A stretch of 34,226 nt of DNA from Paraspadella gotoi (lineage: Eukaryota; Animalia; Chaetognatha): positions 7,073,709 through 7,107,934 of the forward strand of contig CM119270.1 in the NCBI GenBank assembly GCA_051294375.1, read 5' to 3'. The notes below the pieces were generated by a model, which had not been told where the DNA came from, did no database searches, and worked only from the letters and a program-made list of their open reading frames with translations. The position numbers and the translations under genes were made by a program. Positions 22,490 to 34,226 of this stretch are shown piece by piece; positions within the stretch are counted from its first letter, which is position 1; each line of letters opens with the position of its first letter.

Positions 22490-25400
22490 GTGTTTTTTTC
22501 TTTATATTTTTACATTGGAAAAAGTTTGCCGTTTTTTTTAAGTTCATTATATTTCTTTACATTTGAAAATCTGTTTTTCTGTATATTTTTAAAGTCTTTT
22601 TCATGATCTTTTTTCAGAGACAAAGTCGTTTTCTGGTGTTATTAACGTTTTTATCTTTTGAGATTAGAGAGAAAGCTAATAGCTACATAAATTTAAGATA
22701 AAAGGAGAATGAGAGTGTGAGACATAAAAATAAATAGATGATATTTGTTTGTTTTGATAAAAGTACTTTAATAACTGTCGAACTCACCCATTTTTTAACT
22801 AAACCATCTTTGATTTTTGCAGAAGTATTTAACGTTTTTAGTTTTTTCTTTGAAAATATTCGTTTTCGGTGTTTTTTTAGAATTTTGTATCTCTTCTTCT
22901 TACGTATTTGATAAAATGCCGTTTTTCTTTGTTTTTAAGTTTTATGCTCTATTTGGAAATGGTGTCTGCCGGTTTATTTAATTTTTTATTACTTTTTTTA
23001 TACTTTATGAAAAGTCGTTTTATTCTCGGTGTTTTTTTTTAATCTCTTTTACTTGGAAAAACGTTTTTGCCTGTTTTTTTTTAAAAGTTTTATTTTTTTT
23101 TACCATTGTTGGAAATAAAATAAATATCTTGGTTTATCTGTTTTTTTTTAAGTTATTTTAATTATATTTTACATCGAGAATATAAGTCGTTTTTGGATGT
23201 GTATTTAACGTTTTTATCTTATTTACGTAGAGATGGTAGAATATTACATAAATAAAGAGAAAAACGAGAAGAGACAGAGAGAATAATACTAAAAAAGAGA
23301 GGAAATTCATTTGTTGTAAAAAAGTATTAATACTGTATCTCCAATCCAATTTTCACACTCGATTGATTTATTTGCAGACGAGTATTTACGTTTTATTTCT
23401 TTTTCTTCTCACATATCGTTTTTCAGTTGTTTTAGAAATTTTTTTTATCTCTTTTATCATTGGAAAACGTTTTTCTTTGTTTTTATTTATTATATTGTTC
23501 TGTCTCTTTTGAAAATCGGTCTGCCGCTTATTTAACAGTTTTTTAACACTCTTGTTTACTTTTGAGAAGTGAAAAGTCGTTTTGAATCTGTGTTTTTTTT
23601 ATTTTTTTTTATTCATTCTTGGAAAAAACACTTTGGACCGATTGTTGTTTTTTTAAGTTTTTATTTCTTCTTGGAACATTGAAAAATATCGTTTTCTGTT
23701 ATTTTTAAAAAGTTCTTCAATACTCTTATTTAACAGAGAAAAAAGTAGTCTTCTGGTGTATTTAACGTTTTTATCTTTTGAGAGTGAGAGGATGGTATTC
23801 ATAATATTTAAAGAGAAAAAGAAGGAGAAGGGGAGAAATAACACCTAACAAACTTGCGGATTTGTTTTATTTTGATAAAAAAGATATTTAATTAAATGTC
23901 CTTCACCCAATTTTAAACCTCGATGATGTTATTGCAGAAGTATTTAACGTTTTTAGTTCTTTTTCTTTGAAATATGTTTTTCTCGTGTGTTTTAGATATT
24001 TTTCTTAATCTCTTTTTACTTTGTAAAGCGTTTTTCGTTGTTTTTAAAAGTTGTTTTCTTTGGACATGGTCGTCTGTCGAGTTACTCTTAGAACGTTTTT
24101 ATTACTGTTTTACTTTAGAAAAGATGTTTATCGTGTTTTTTAACTCTTTTTACATTGGACAAGTTTTGCCGCTATTTTTTTAGATTTGTATTCTTTTTAC
24201 ATTTTGGAAAAAAATCGTTTTCGTCGTATTTTTAAGTTGTTATATTCTCTTTTTTTTACCTATTCTACTTGTACTGTGTTGGTTTTTGTGTCTGTATTTA
24301 ATACAGAGAAAAGTCGACTTTTGTGTTTATTTAACGTATTATTTATTATGGGCGTAAGAGAGAATTACGGTACTTTAAAATTAGAGAGAAAAGATGGAGA
24401 GGAGAAGGGTAGACTTAAAAAATAAAAAGATGGGAATTTTGTTTTGTTTTGATAATAAGTATTTAAATAACCTGTCCTCACCAGATTTAACACCTCGGAT
24501 GATGTGTATTTGTGTAGAATATTTAACCGTTTTATTTTTTTTCTTTTTAAATATTCGTTTTCGTGTTTTAAGCAAATCTTTTGGTATTCTATTTTTATAC
24601 ATTGGAAAAAAGGAAAACCGCGAAAAAGGTTTCTTTGTTTTTAAGTTGTTATCTGCTTTGTGTAATTTGTCTGCCCGCTGATTTAACGTTTTTATCGACT
24701 ATGTTTCACTTATTAAGAGAAGAGTCGTTTAATCGGTGTTTTTTAACCTCTTTTAATTGGGAATAACGTTTGCCGTTTTTTTTGGTGTTTTAGTTTTTAT
24801 TTATCTTTTTTACGATCTGGAAAAGGATTGTTTTTTTATTTTTAAAGGATTTGCTTATATCTTTTTTACAGAAAAAAGCGTTTCGTGGTGTATTTAACAG
24901 TTTTTATTTTTGAGATGTTGAGAAAAGATACATAAAATTAAAGAGAAAGACGAGAGAGAAGGAGACAAATAAATAAAAAGAGAGGAAATTTGTTGATTTT
25001 GATAAAAAGATTTTTATAACTGTCACTCACCAATTTTTTAAACTCGATGATGTTATTTGCAGATATTTACGGTTATATATATATATATATATATATATAT
25101 AAGAATATCGTTTTTACGGTGTTTTAGACTTTTCTCTTTACATTGGAACAAAAAAAAAAAAGCGTCTTTTCCTTTGTTATTTTAAAGTTGTTATCACTTT
25201 GGAACATATTTCCGTTGCACGGTGTTTTAACATTTTTAATTACTTTTTCACTTTGAAAAAGTCGTTTAATCCCCGTGGTCTGTGTGAACTCCTTTTTACA
25301 TTGGAAAGACCGTTTGCCCCAGCTTTTTTTTTATTTATTATTTCTTTTTTACCATCTGAAAAAAAAAATCGTTTTCTGTTATTTTAAGGTTTCTTATTTC

Positions 25401-28400
25401 TACACCCGAGAAAGAAAAGCGTTTTTTTCTTGGTGTATTTACCCCGTTCTTTATCTTCAAATTGGAATGAGTGAGGAAGCTACATAATTAAAGAGACAGG
25501 AAGAGAAGGAGAAATAATAAAGAAAGGAAATTTTGGTTTGTTTTGATAAAAGAATATTTTATAAATGTTCAAAAATTTTAAAAACTCGGAGATTTTGTTT
25601 ATTTGAAGAAGATTTTAAGTTTTTACATTTATTTTTGCTTTTGAAAAATATGTTTTAGGCGGTGTTTTATAAATTTTTATCTCTATTATAATTGGAAAAA
25701 AAGACACGTTTTTCTTTGTTTCTATTGTTATAACCTTGTGAAATATCGTTGCAGCCTGTATTTAACGTTTTTTTACTTTTTAACCTTCTTATAGTAGAGA
25801 AACACGTCGTTTATATCACGGTGTTTTGTTTTTTCGTCATATAGTCTTTTTTACCATTGGAACAGAATGATTTGCCGTTCTTTTTTCTAAAGTTTTTACT
25901 TTTCCCTTTTTTACCATTGAAAAAATAGTTTTCCTTGTTATTCTTAAAGTTTTATATTATCCTTTAGCACGAGAAAAAAGTTATTTTCTTGGATGTATTT
26001 TACTACGTTTTTATATTTCTGAGAGATGAGAGAACAGCTAATAAATTAAGAGAAAGATGAGAGAGAGAGAGCATAAACAATAACAAGAGAGGAAAAATTG
26101 TTTGTTTTATAAGATGATTTAAATAATCGATACAATTTAACAATGTATGTTTTTGCAAAAGTTTATTTAACGTTTTTATTTCTTTTTTTATTTTCTTGAA
26201 ATATGTTTTTACATTTTTAGAAATTTTTTTTATCTTTTTTACATTGGAAAGAGTTTTCATTTGTTTTTAAAGCTTGTTATATCTTTGAAAATACTTGAGT
26301 ATGTATTGAAGTTTTAAATTTTTTATTTAGGAAAGTGTTATATAGTGTTTTTTTATATTTTTTTAAATTGGAAAAAAAGTTTTGATATACGGTTTTCTTT
26401 TCTTTGTTAAGTTTTTATTTTTATTTAAGATTTGATAAAAAAGAAAAAAAATAGTTTTTGTTATTTTTTAAAGTCTTTGTATATAGTTTTTATACAAGCG
26501 CAAGTGCTTTCTTGGTACGGTGTGTATTTAAAGTTTTTATCTTTGAGGAGTGAAGAGAAGATTACCGACATAAATTAATAGGGAAGAGAGAGGAGAAGGA
26601 GAGCATAAAAATAAAACCCCGACCAGAGGGAATTTGCTCTGTTTTATAACGATATTTACTAATTGGTCATAGAGCCAATTTTAAAATAGTAATGATGTTA
26701 TGTTGAACAGAAGGTTATTTAACTCTCTTAGTTCATGTTTTTCATAACATATCGTTCTTAGCTGTTTTAATTTTTATTCGATGCTTATTAATATGGTAAT
26801 GTGTTTTATTTGAGTTTTTTAAGTGATGTTATTCTTTGGAATTGTCGCTGGGTTAATTTAACGTTTTATAATTTTTACATCTAGAAAAGTCGATTTCTAT
26901 AGTGTTTTTTAAAATATTTTTTTAACATTTGGAAAAAAGGTTTTGAGAATTTATTTTTTTTTTTAAGTTTTTATTCTCTTCTTTTTTACATTTTTTGGAG
27001 GAACAATCACTTTGTTGTTTCCCACTCTTTAAAGTTTATTTATAAATTTTTTTACCAGAGAATAAAGCACGTTTCGTTGTTTATTTCGGTTTGTATAACA
27101 AATATTCAGTTTTTTTTTTATTATGCGGTTTAGTAGGTGAAGGCTTTCATTTAAATTTAAAGTAGCAAAGGAGGAAGAGACGGGAGTTAATCGAAATCAA
27201 GAGAAGGAGAAATTGGCATCTCCTCTTTTCTTTCCTCTCGTCTCCTTCCTTTTTTTTCGTTGTTCGTTTTGTTTGGATGAGGGGGTATTTGTGGTTTTGA
27301 TAAAAAGATATTGCTCACTAACACTGTTGTATCGAATTTTAAGAACTGTATGTGTAGTCTATTTGTGCTCGTATTACGTTTTCCTTTTTTTTAAAAATAA
27401 TCACGTTTTCCGGCTGGGTTTTGAATGAATCAGTCTTCTCTTGATATATATAGACATTGGCGAGGAGGGAAAGAGAAAGACGTTGTGTTTGTTGTTATAA
27501 AGAATTTTCTTTTGGTATTAGTCGATTTGAGCGACTGTTAACTGTTAAGGTTCTTTAAAATACCAACTTTTTTGGGCTTTAAAGGTGGTTTGATATCCCG
27601 GTGTTTCTTTTATATGATTTTATTATTGGAAAAAAGGTTTGCGTTTTTTTTCTAAAAAATTTCTTATTCTCGTTTCGCATGCAATTGAAAAAAGAAACAC
27701 AAAGGTTGGCTGTTCTTGTAAATTTTTGTGTTTTAACAAGTTTTCAATGTAGGTTTTAGTCTCAACCCGACCACACCCCTGTTATTAACTTACGAATGGG
27801 ATACACAATAAAAAAAGTGATGGATTTTCTTGTGTTAAATATCTATTTTTAAAACTTTTTTTAATCCTCTCTTTGTGAGCAAGGGAAGAAAGAAGCTAAA
27901 ACTATAAAAACTGGAAGAGAGAAAAAATAGATATAGAAAAAGAAGGTAGCGGTTTAAATATAATACTGTGAAAGAGGAAATATTCTCTTTGTAATTTATA
28001 TATGTATTATATAAATAAATTTGATCCTGTCTTATAATCCAATGATTCTGTATATTATAAAATGGTAGATGTGAAAATTAAGTTATGGACGAGAGGAATT
28101 CTTAAACGTGTGTGAGAATTTCTATCGATGTATTCTTCTCTATTTTGCAAATAAAGTGATTTTTTGCGGATTTGGAAGAAATTTTAATCGTGTTTGGTTT
28201 AGTTATAACAATTTGGAAGAAAGAAGGTAGAGAGTTGAAGTGTTTATTGTTAAAGTTATAATTGTTTATGGGGAGCAATGATATAAGTGTATAGAAACTG
28301 AATATTGATTAAGAGATGAAAGGTGTCCATGATAAGTAAAAGCGAGGCGGAGAAATTTTAAAAAAAGTCAGAAAAGAAGAACAATAGAATGAAAAACTAT

Positions 28401-30520
28401 GAAATATTAAGAAATGGAAATGGAGAAGTAGGCAAGCCGCGTCGTGTGTCAGTAGGTAAACCTCATCAATCTCGTCCGTCGTTTTCGTCATGCATCGTCG
28501 CCGACGAAGATCTCCGTGATCCTACCGATTCGTTAAGATATATCTCGAGAAAGATCGAAAGGAACCACATGTTATTATTTAGTTAAAACTTTTATAAATA
28601 TATACAGTTTTTTTAATCCTTTAATTGAGAGAAAAGAAAAAGAAAAACGTTTTGCCGTTTTTTTTTTTTTAAAGGTTCTTTTATTTTTTAATTTCATAAT
28701 TGAAGAAAGATCCGTTTTTACATGTTATGTTTTGAAAAGCGGAGTTTTGTGGATCTCTATTTGTTTATCTGTGTTAAACCAAAGCAGTTAAAAAAAATAT
28801 CGATGCTATGAATATGTAAACTTTATTTTTTTTCAAAATTGTCTATTTTTAATTTAGTTGGTATATTAAGGGTATTTTTATCTATCTAATTAGAATAGGA
28901 ATTGAGTAGGCGAAAGTTGATGGGAAAGCTACAATAAATTTTAAAGAGATAAAGGAGATGGCAAACCAGAGAAGAGAGGTCTATAAAGCCAAGACAAAAA
29001 TAGAAAGGCGGAGCAAAAATGTCTTCTCTTTTGGATTTTGATTTGTTTGGGCTAAAAAAAATGGTTTACCCAATTTCTGCGAACAGTGTCCACGATCTCA
29101 ATTCAGCGGAAAGCTTGTACTACTCATAGACCACAAACAGCCACCAATGGTGAACCTCCCCCCAGACAGTTCCACTTTGACTGAGTAAATATTTTAATTA
29201 CGTATTATTTTATGTATGCTTTGTAGATCATCTATTGAACACAAAGTAGTACAGTGTTTTCTGTTGTTTTGCCTTTTTTAATCTCTTTTCCTTACTTGGA
29301 AAAAAGCGTTTTTCTCTTTTGTTTTTCTCAGGATTTGTTATCTTCAATTTTGAGAAGTCGAATTTAGAACCCGATGCTACTTTGATAAACCTGTTTGTAC
29401 TTTATTTGAAGTGTCGACGTATCCCCGGTATAAGCTGTGTATATGTGTTTTAATCGACTTTTTTTTATAATCTGGAGAATAGGAGTTTGACCGGGTTATT
29501 GTTTATTAGTAACGTGTTATTGTCTTGATCTATATACCTAAGCGACGACATCCGTGTTTCTTGTAAATACGTATTTTTAGTATTTCCATCATCCTACGAC
29601 TTGTAGAGCGGAAACAAAGCTCCGTAACGACGACAAAATTTACTGAGAGACGTTAACTGTAGCTTTCCGCATTATACTTTTACTCATTGAGAAGACGCCG
29701 ACTCAGTTGGAGAGAAGAGGTGACGATAAAAATTAAAGACATAAGTATAATTTGTATGGAAGGAAGGGGATAAAAAAAGAAGGAGATATGTTTTGTTTTT
29801 GATTAAAGTATTTATAACTGTCTACCAATTTGAGAAGTCAGACAGAATATATACAACTCGTGATTCTGTTATTTGCAGAATGTATTTAATCGTTTTTATT
29901 TCTTTTTTCTTTAAATATCGTTTTCTCACGTGTTTTGCATTTTTTCCTTTTTACATTTGAAGCGTTTTTCTTTGTTTTTTTAAAGGTTTTATTTTCTTTG
30001 GTACGCTATTGTAGAGGCAGGTGTATTTAATGTTTTTTTTTAGAGCGCTTCTGTCGTTGCGTTTTTATCCCACGGGTGTTTTTTACTCTTTTTTAATTGG
30101 AAACGGTTGGCGCCGTTTTTTTTTTTTAAGTTTTTATTGTATTGCTTTAATTGGATAGAATTTTGTCTTCTGTGTCTTTTTTAGTTTTATATGTGTTTTA
30201 CAGAGAGACGAAGGTTCTGGCTTTTCTGGTGGTAGCGTCTTGATGTTTTTGATTAGTGATGGGCTTGAGAAGAGGTAATATTAAGAGAAAAGAGGAAGAA
30301 GGGATAAATAAAGAGGATTTGTTTGGTTTTGAGTAAAAAGATATTTATAACGTGTTAAAAATTTTAACGATGTGTGTTTTGAGACGTATTTAACGTTTTT
30401 ATTCTTTTTTATTTAAGTTCGTTTTAGGGTTTTGAGAATTTTTTTTTGCTTTTTATTGGAAGCGTTTTCTTGTTTTCTAAAGTTGTTATACTTTTTGGAT
30501 TTGTTGGCGTGTTTTAAGTT
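22490..30520. repeat. Satellite array, ~560-bp AT-rich monomer, ~13-14 diverged copies
   Basis: The marker tttaacgtttttatcttttgaga followed by a purine-rich block recurs at ~22641, 23203, 23760, 24330, 24893, 25437, 26000 and 26526, then irregularly to ~30240. Internal subrepeats read tttttacattggaaaa...cgtttt. Confidence 0.92.
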
Positions 30521-32491
30521 TATTGTTCTGTGTTCTATAGTTGGTGTTGTTGAGGATAACGGTTAATTAAAGGGGAGATATTTACAAAGAGATAGTTTAA
30601 AAGAAACGCTTTTACCATGTAAGAAATTATTTTATCAACTCAGGGAAAAGATTTGTTAGAAAGTAAGTTTAATACTTATGAATAAGTCTCGAGGTTGTTA
30701 AGATTGCTTGCTGGTGGCCGGATGTGGAATTATTAATTTTTTTATGAAAAAAAATTTTTCTTTTTATTTTTGTTCTTCTATCCTGTTTTCTTTTATTTTT
30801 ATGTGATTTTCTATTAATTAGATAAAAAGAAACAAAAAGGGATTTCTCACTGTAAGATATGAAATTTAAAATAAAGAAAAGATTTTTGTCATGGTAAGAA
30901 ATAAAATTTTTTAAAAAAAAAGGGAAAACGTTGTTTTAATATTAAGTTAAAGAATACGATTTCTTAAGTAAAGATTACAGGTTGTAAGTCCGGTACGTAT
31001 TTGAGAGGTATTTACGGAAGAGCAGCTTGACTTTGAGGTTAAATGGCTTGATAGCAAAGAGGGCTTGAACGGACAGACTCTTATGAACTGGGGACGCGCC
31101 CCGACTCATTTTGACGGTAAATATAGTGTAAGAAATAGGTTAATTTTTTGTTTAGGGGTTGAGGCTTGTGATTTAATTTGTTGAGTGGAGGACCAAGTTA
31201 TTGCATATCTATTTTAGATCAAAACACTAACAATTGTTCCATCTCTCTTATATTTTTTGTGTTTCCTTTCTCTTTCCTTTTATGTGACTTGTAGGTTATC
31301 TGGCTCTCGGTACGCTGTGATTGGCAAGACTGATTTCGTACTGATTGTCGTTGGATTTCTCCCGTACGAATATTCGTTTTATGTGTTCTGGATACTTTGT
31401 TAGTGACGCTCTGTGTGTCAGACTAGAATTTCTCACGACGTAGAGACTCTCTCGGAAAAAGGTTTTAAGAGAGGTTATGCAGGATTAGAAGTTAAAAAGT
31501 AGTGAAACATCGATTTTGAAAGGGACAAGTTTCTTTTATAGGTAAGGAGGTTAAATGTTCATTTATAGAAGAGGGAGGCTGACGACGATTATTTTTTGAA
31601 AGAGGAAGCATAAGGAGCTTTAATGATAAAGTACTCTAGAATGAAGTGAAATTCTCATGAGAGGCGGCTTAGATATTCTGATTGAAAAGAAGGTGCGCGA
31701 GGAATTACTTCGTAATAAATCTTCAAATTTACTGGGAAACAAATTGGTGGAATGTTTTTAATAAAGTGGAATACATTAGTACCTATGAGTTTCTTTTTCT
31801 TTACTTTTTCGTGTTGTTTCTTCGGTTTTCCCAATTTAGATTCTGTCCGTTATTCTCATTCTATAGGATTATGAGCTTGTTTGTAATAATTACGGAAATA
31901 TTTTTCCTATGATCTTTTTTTCTCTCTGTTTATTTAGTCTTCAAGTAGACGAGAGAGGTTCCAAGGCGTGACTGTTGTTACAAGGTGTAAGGCCTGATAG
32001 CGATCTATATAAAGGTATGTGAATTGTTTAGAGGTTGTGTCTTAGATTACCGGTAAGATATTGTGTGAGGACCGAGGAGAGAGATGTGTATAGGTGGAGA
32101 GGGAATCCAAAGAGGTCGGGAACGCGGGTATTCGAGTATATCGACGCGGCTCTCCCTTATGCTTACTGCTTCTCTCTCGGTCTCTCTCTCTCTCGGGAAT
32201 GCTGCTTCTCTCGGGTCTCTCTCTCTTCTCTCTCTCTCGTCTCTCTTCGTCTCTCTCTCTGCTCTTCTCTCCTCTCCCTCCTCGCCCATCCCTCCCCTCG
32301 GCATTAATGCATCACGCAAAAAACAAACAGGCCATAAGAGGCACCGGAGAGATGAGAAAGTTAAGANNNNNNNNNNNNNNNNNNNNNNNNNGGAAACCGG
32401 TTCCCGCCCTTTGGATTCTCTCCTAACTCTCTTTCCCGTCCTCACCATTTTCTCGGTAAGAACAAAGACCCAACTTTGCCATCGGCCTTAC

Positions 32492-32518
32492 CTTTCACGT
32501 CTGCTGGAATTCTCGTCA
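32492..32518 (-). CDS. Candidate 27-nt microexon of an unidentified gene (DENSSRRE or TRIPADVK)
   Basis: Long polypyrimidine tract plus ttttatttctcag| acceptor and AAG|gtaagg donor. Length is a multiple of 3, and the architecture matches the ZIP11 exons. Confidence 0.45.
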
Positions 32519-33917
32519 CTGAGAAATAAAAAGAGAGAGAAAAAAAAAGAAAGGAAAATACGGTATAACCAAATATAGAGAGAAAAAAGGAAAGAAAAAG
32601 GGAAACCAAAAAAAAAGAAAAGAAAAAAAAAAAGAAACTCTTCTATTTTCTTTTCTTTCCTTTTTTTTCCCGGTTTGAGTTTCGAAGTTCCGATTCTTTT
32701 TTAGTTCTTGGGTTTCATTGTCTTCATTGTCTTCATTGTCTTAGTTCCCTTCATTGTCTCAGTTCTCTTCATTGTCTTCCCCTTTGTTGTCTTCATCGAG
32801 TTCATTTTCTTCATTGCCTTCTTTCATTTCGTCGTCGTGAGAATCGATCGCAACTCGACGACGAAAATCGTCGTCGCCGTCATCGTCGTCGTCGTCGTCG
32901 TCGCTGTCATTTTCAAAATCGTCAAGAATATCGTCGTCGTCATCGTCGCCGTCGCCGCTGCCACCGTCATGGCCGTCCACTCCATCAACCCCATCAACTC
33001 CCACCAACCCCATCAACCCCTCGATTCAATCAACTCCGAAACGAGGACCAAGCTGCTTGTATATCTTCTTCTGACCTCAACTTCTTCCAAAAATCTTTCT
33101 CCGTTCGCTGAGTCGGCGTCTTTGTGTGCGAAGGCTCGTTACGTTTTTTTTTNNNNNNNNNNNNNNNNNNNNNNNNNNNNNNNNNNNNNNNNNNNNNNNN
33201 NNNNNNNNNNNNNNNNNNNNNNNNNNNNNNNNNNNNNNNNNNNNNNNNNNNNNNNNNNNNNNNNNNNNNNNNNNNNNNNNNNNNNNNNNNNNNNNNNNNN
33301 NNNNNNNNNNNNNNNNNNNNNNNNNNNNNNNNNNNNNNNNNNNNNNNNNNNNNNNNNNNNNNNNNNNNNNNNNNNNNNNNNNNNNNNNNNNNNNNNNNNN
33401 NNNNNNNNNNNNNNNNNNNNNNNNNNNNNNNNNNNNNNNNNNNNNNNNNNNNNNNNNNNNNNNNNNNNNNNNNNNNNNNNNNNNNNNNNNNNNNNNNNNN
33501 NNNNNNNNNNNNNNNNNNNNNNNNNNNNNNNNNNNNNNNNNNNNNNNNNNNNNNNNNNNNNNNNNNNNNNNNNNNNNAACTTTTTTTTTTTCTTCAAATG
33601 TGGTTTTCTCGAAATATCTTAACGATACCGGTAGGATCAACGGAGATTTCGTCGGCGACGATGATGACGAAAACGACGACGTTGATGACGGTTACCATGA
33701 CAACGACGCGGTTCTACTCTCATTTTCCTTTCTTAATATTTCATAGTTATTTCTTTTTCTTTTTCTGACTTTTAATCTCCGCTTCGCTTTTATTATTTAT
33801 TTCTCTTCTTTTTCCTTAATCTTCTCCCCTCTCTTTTTCTTCTTTATCTCTCCTTTACCCTTTTCTTCTCCTGTCGTCTCACTTCCCTTTGTACCTTACT
33901 ATTTTCTCTATTTATTA

Positions 33918-34226
33918 CAGATATGGTCAAAAAAATTTAACAGTTACGATAAAAGCATTTTATTTCGTTATTTGAAGGAAAATAATAGTTTTTAGGACTT
34001 AATTTCTTCCAGCACCGCTTTCATGCGACGAGGGAGAGAGTCATATAGACTGGGAAAATATGAAAGATTCAGCTCCCCCAAATGCGTTTTAAAATTTTCT
34101 TGATTTTATCAACTATCACGGCGTTGTACTGCAAAATATCCTTTTTTAACCTTGACCAGCCATTTTTGATGATGTTGTAGTAAGTTAAGTTTCCGGGCCA
34201 ATCTTTGAGCACCTCGATCCCGTTTT
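33918..34226 (-). mobile_element. 3' end of a decayed Tc1-family transposon (transposase C-terminus plus putative TIR), truncated by the window edge
   Basis: The minus strand reads NGIEVLKDWPGNLTYYNIIKKW...KIKKILKRIW...LNLSYFPSLYDSLPRRMKAVLEE* across frameshifts. This matches Tc1 WPxxSPDLNPIENLW and L..SMPRRxxAV. Stop at 33994-33992; terminus TA|CAGATATGGTCAAAA at 33916-33932. Confidence 0.85.

Noticed and set aside
30540-32100. Possible retroelement or gene remnant
   Set aside because: No recognisable RT, integrase or other protein motif by eye, and the sequence looks noisy.
19990-33768. Long ORFs of 200-320 aa containing X runs
   Set aside because: They stay open only because they cross N gaps.

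Overview
AT-rich, microsatellite-dense eukaryotic draft scaffold. An arthropod/crustacean origin is only my guess from composition. Almost all ORF-track entries are translations of (GA)n, (GAC)n or N-gap sequence. The real gene is a spliced minus-strand ZIP11/SLC39A11 (GufA-type ZIP) metal transporter. Eight phase-compatible GT-AG coding exons run from the ATG at 14894 down to 368, and the last exons lie beyond the window's left edge. The first coding exon has a 1-nt frameshift. A ~2.43-kb tandem duplication (7955-12765) repeats coding exons 3-4, a frame-neutral 150-nt module, and the second copy is broken. Non-coding regions hold a 1.4-kb long-TIR DNA element with an 8-bp TSD (4838-6233), a degenerate inverted-repeat element (6681-7527), a Tc1/mariner MITE (17911-18158), a Tc1 transposase remnant (33918-34226), several minisatellites and an ~8-kb array of a ~560-bp satellite. 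Two small minus-strand exons (32492-32518 and 17790 downward) may be the 3' end of an upstream gene. Several oddities look like long-read gap-fill artefacts. I found no convincing novel biological system; the best candidates are listed with tests.
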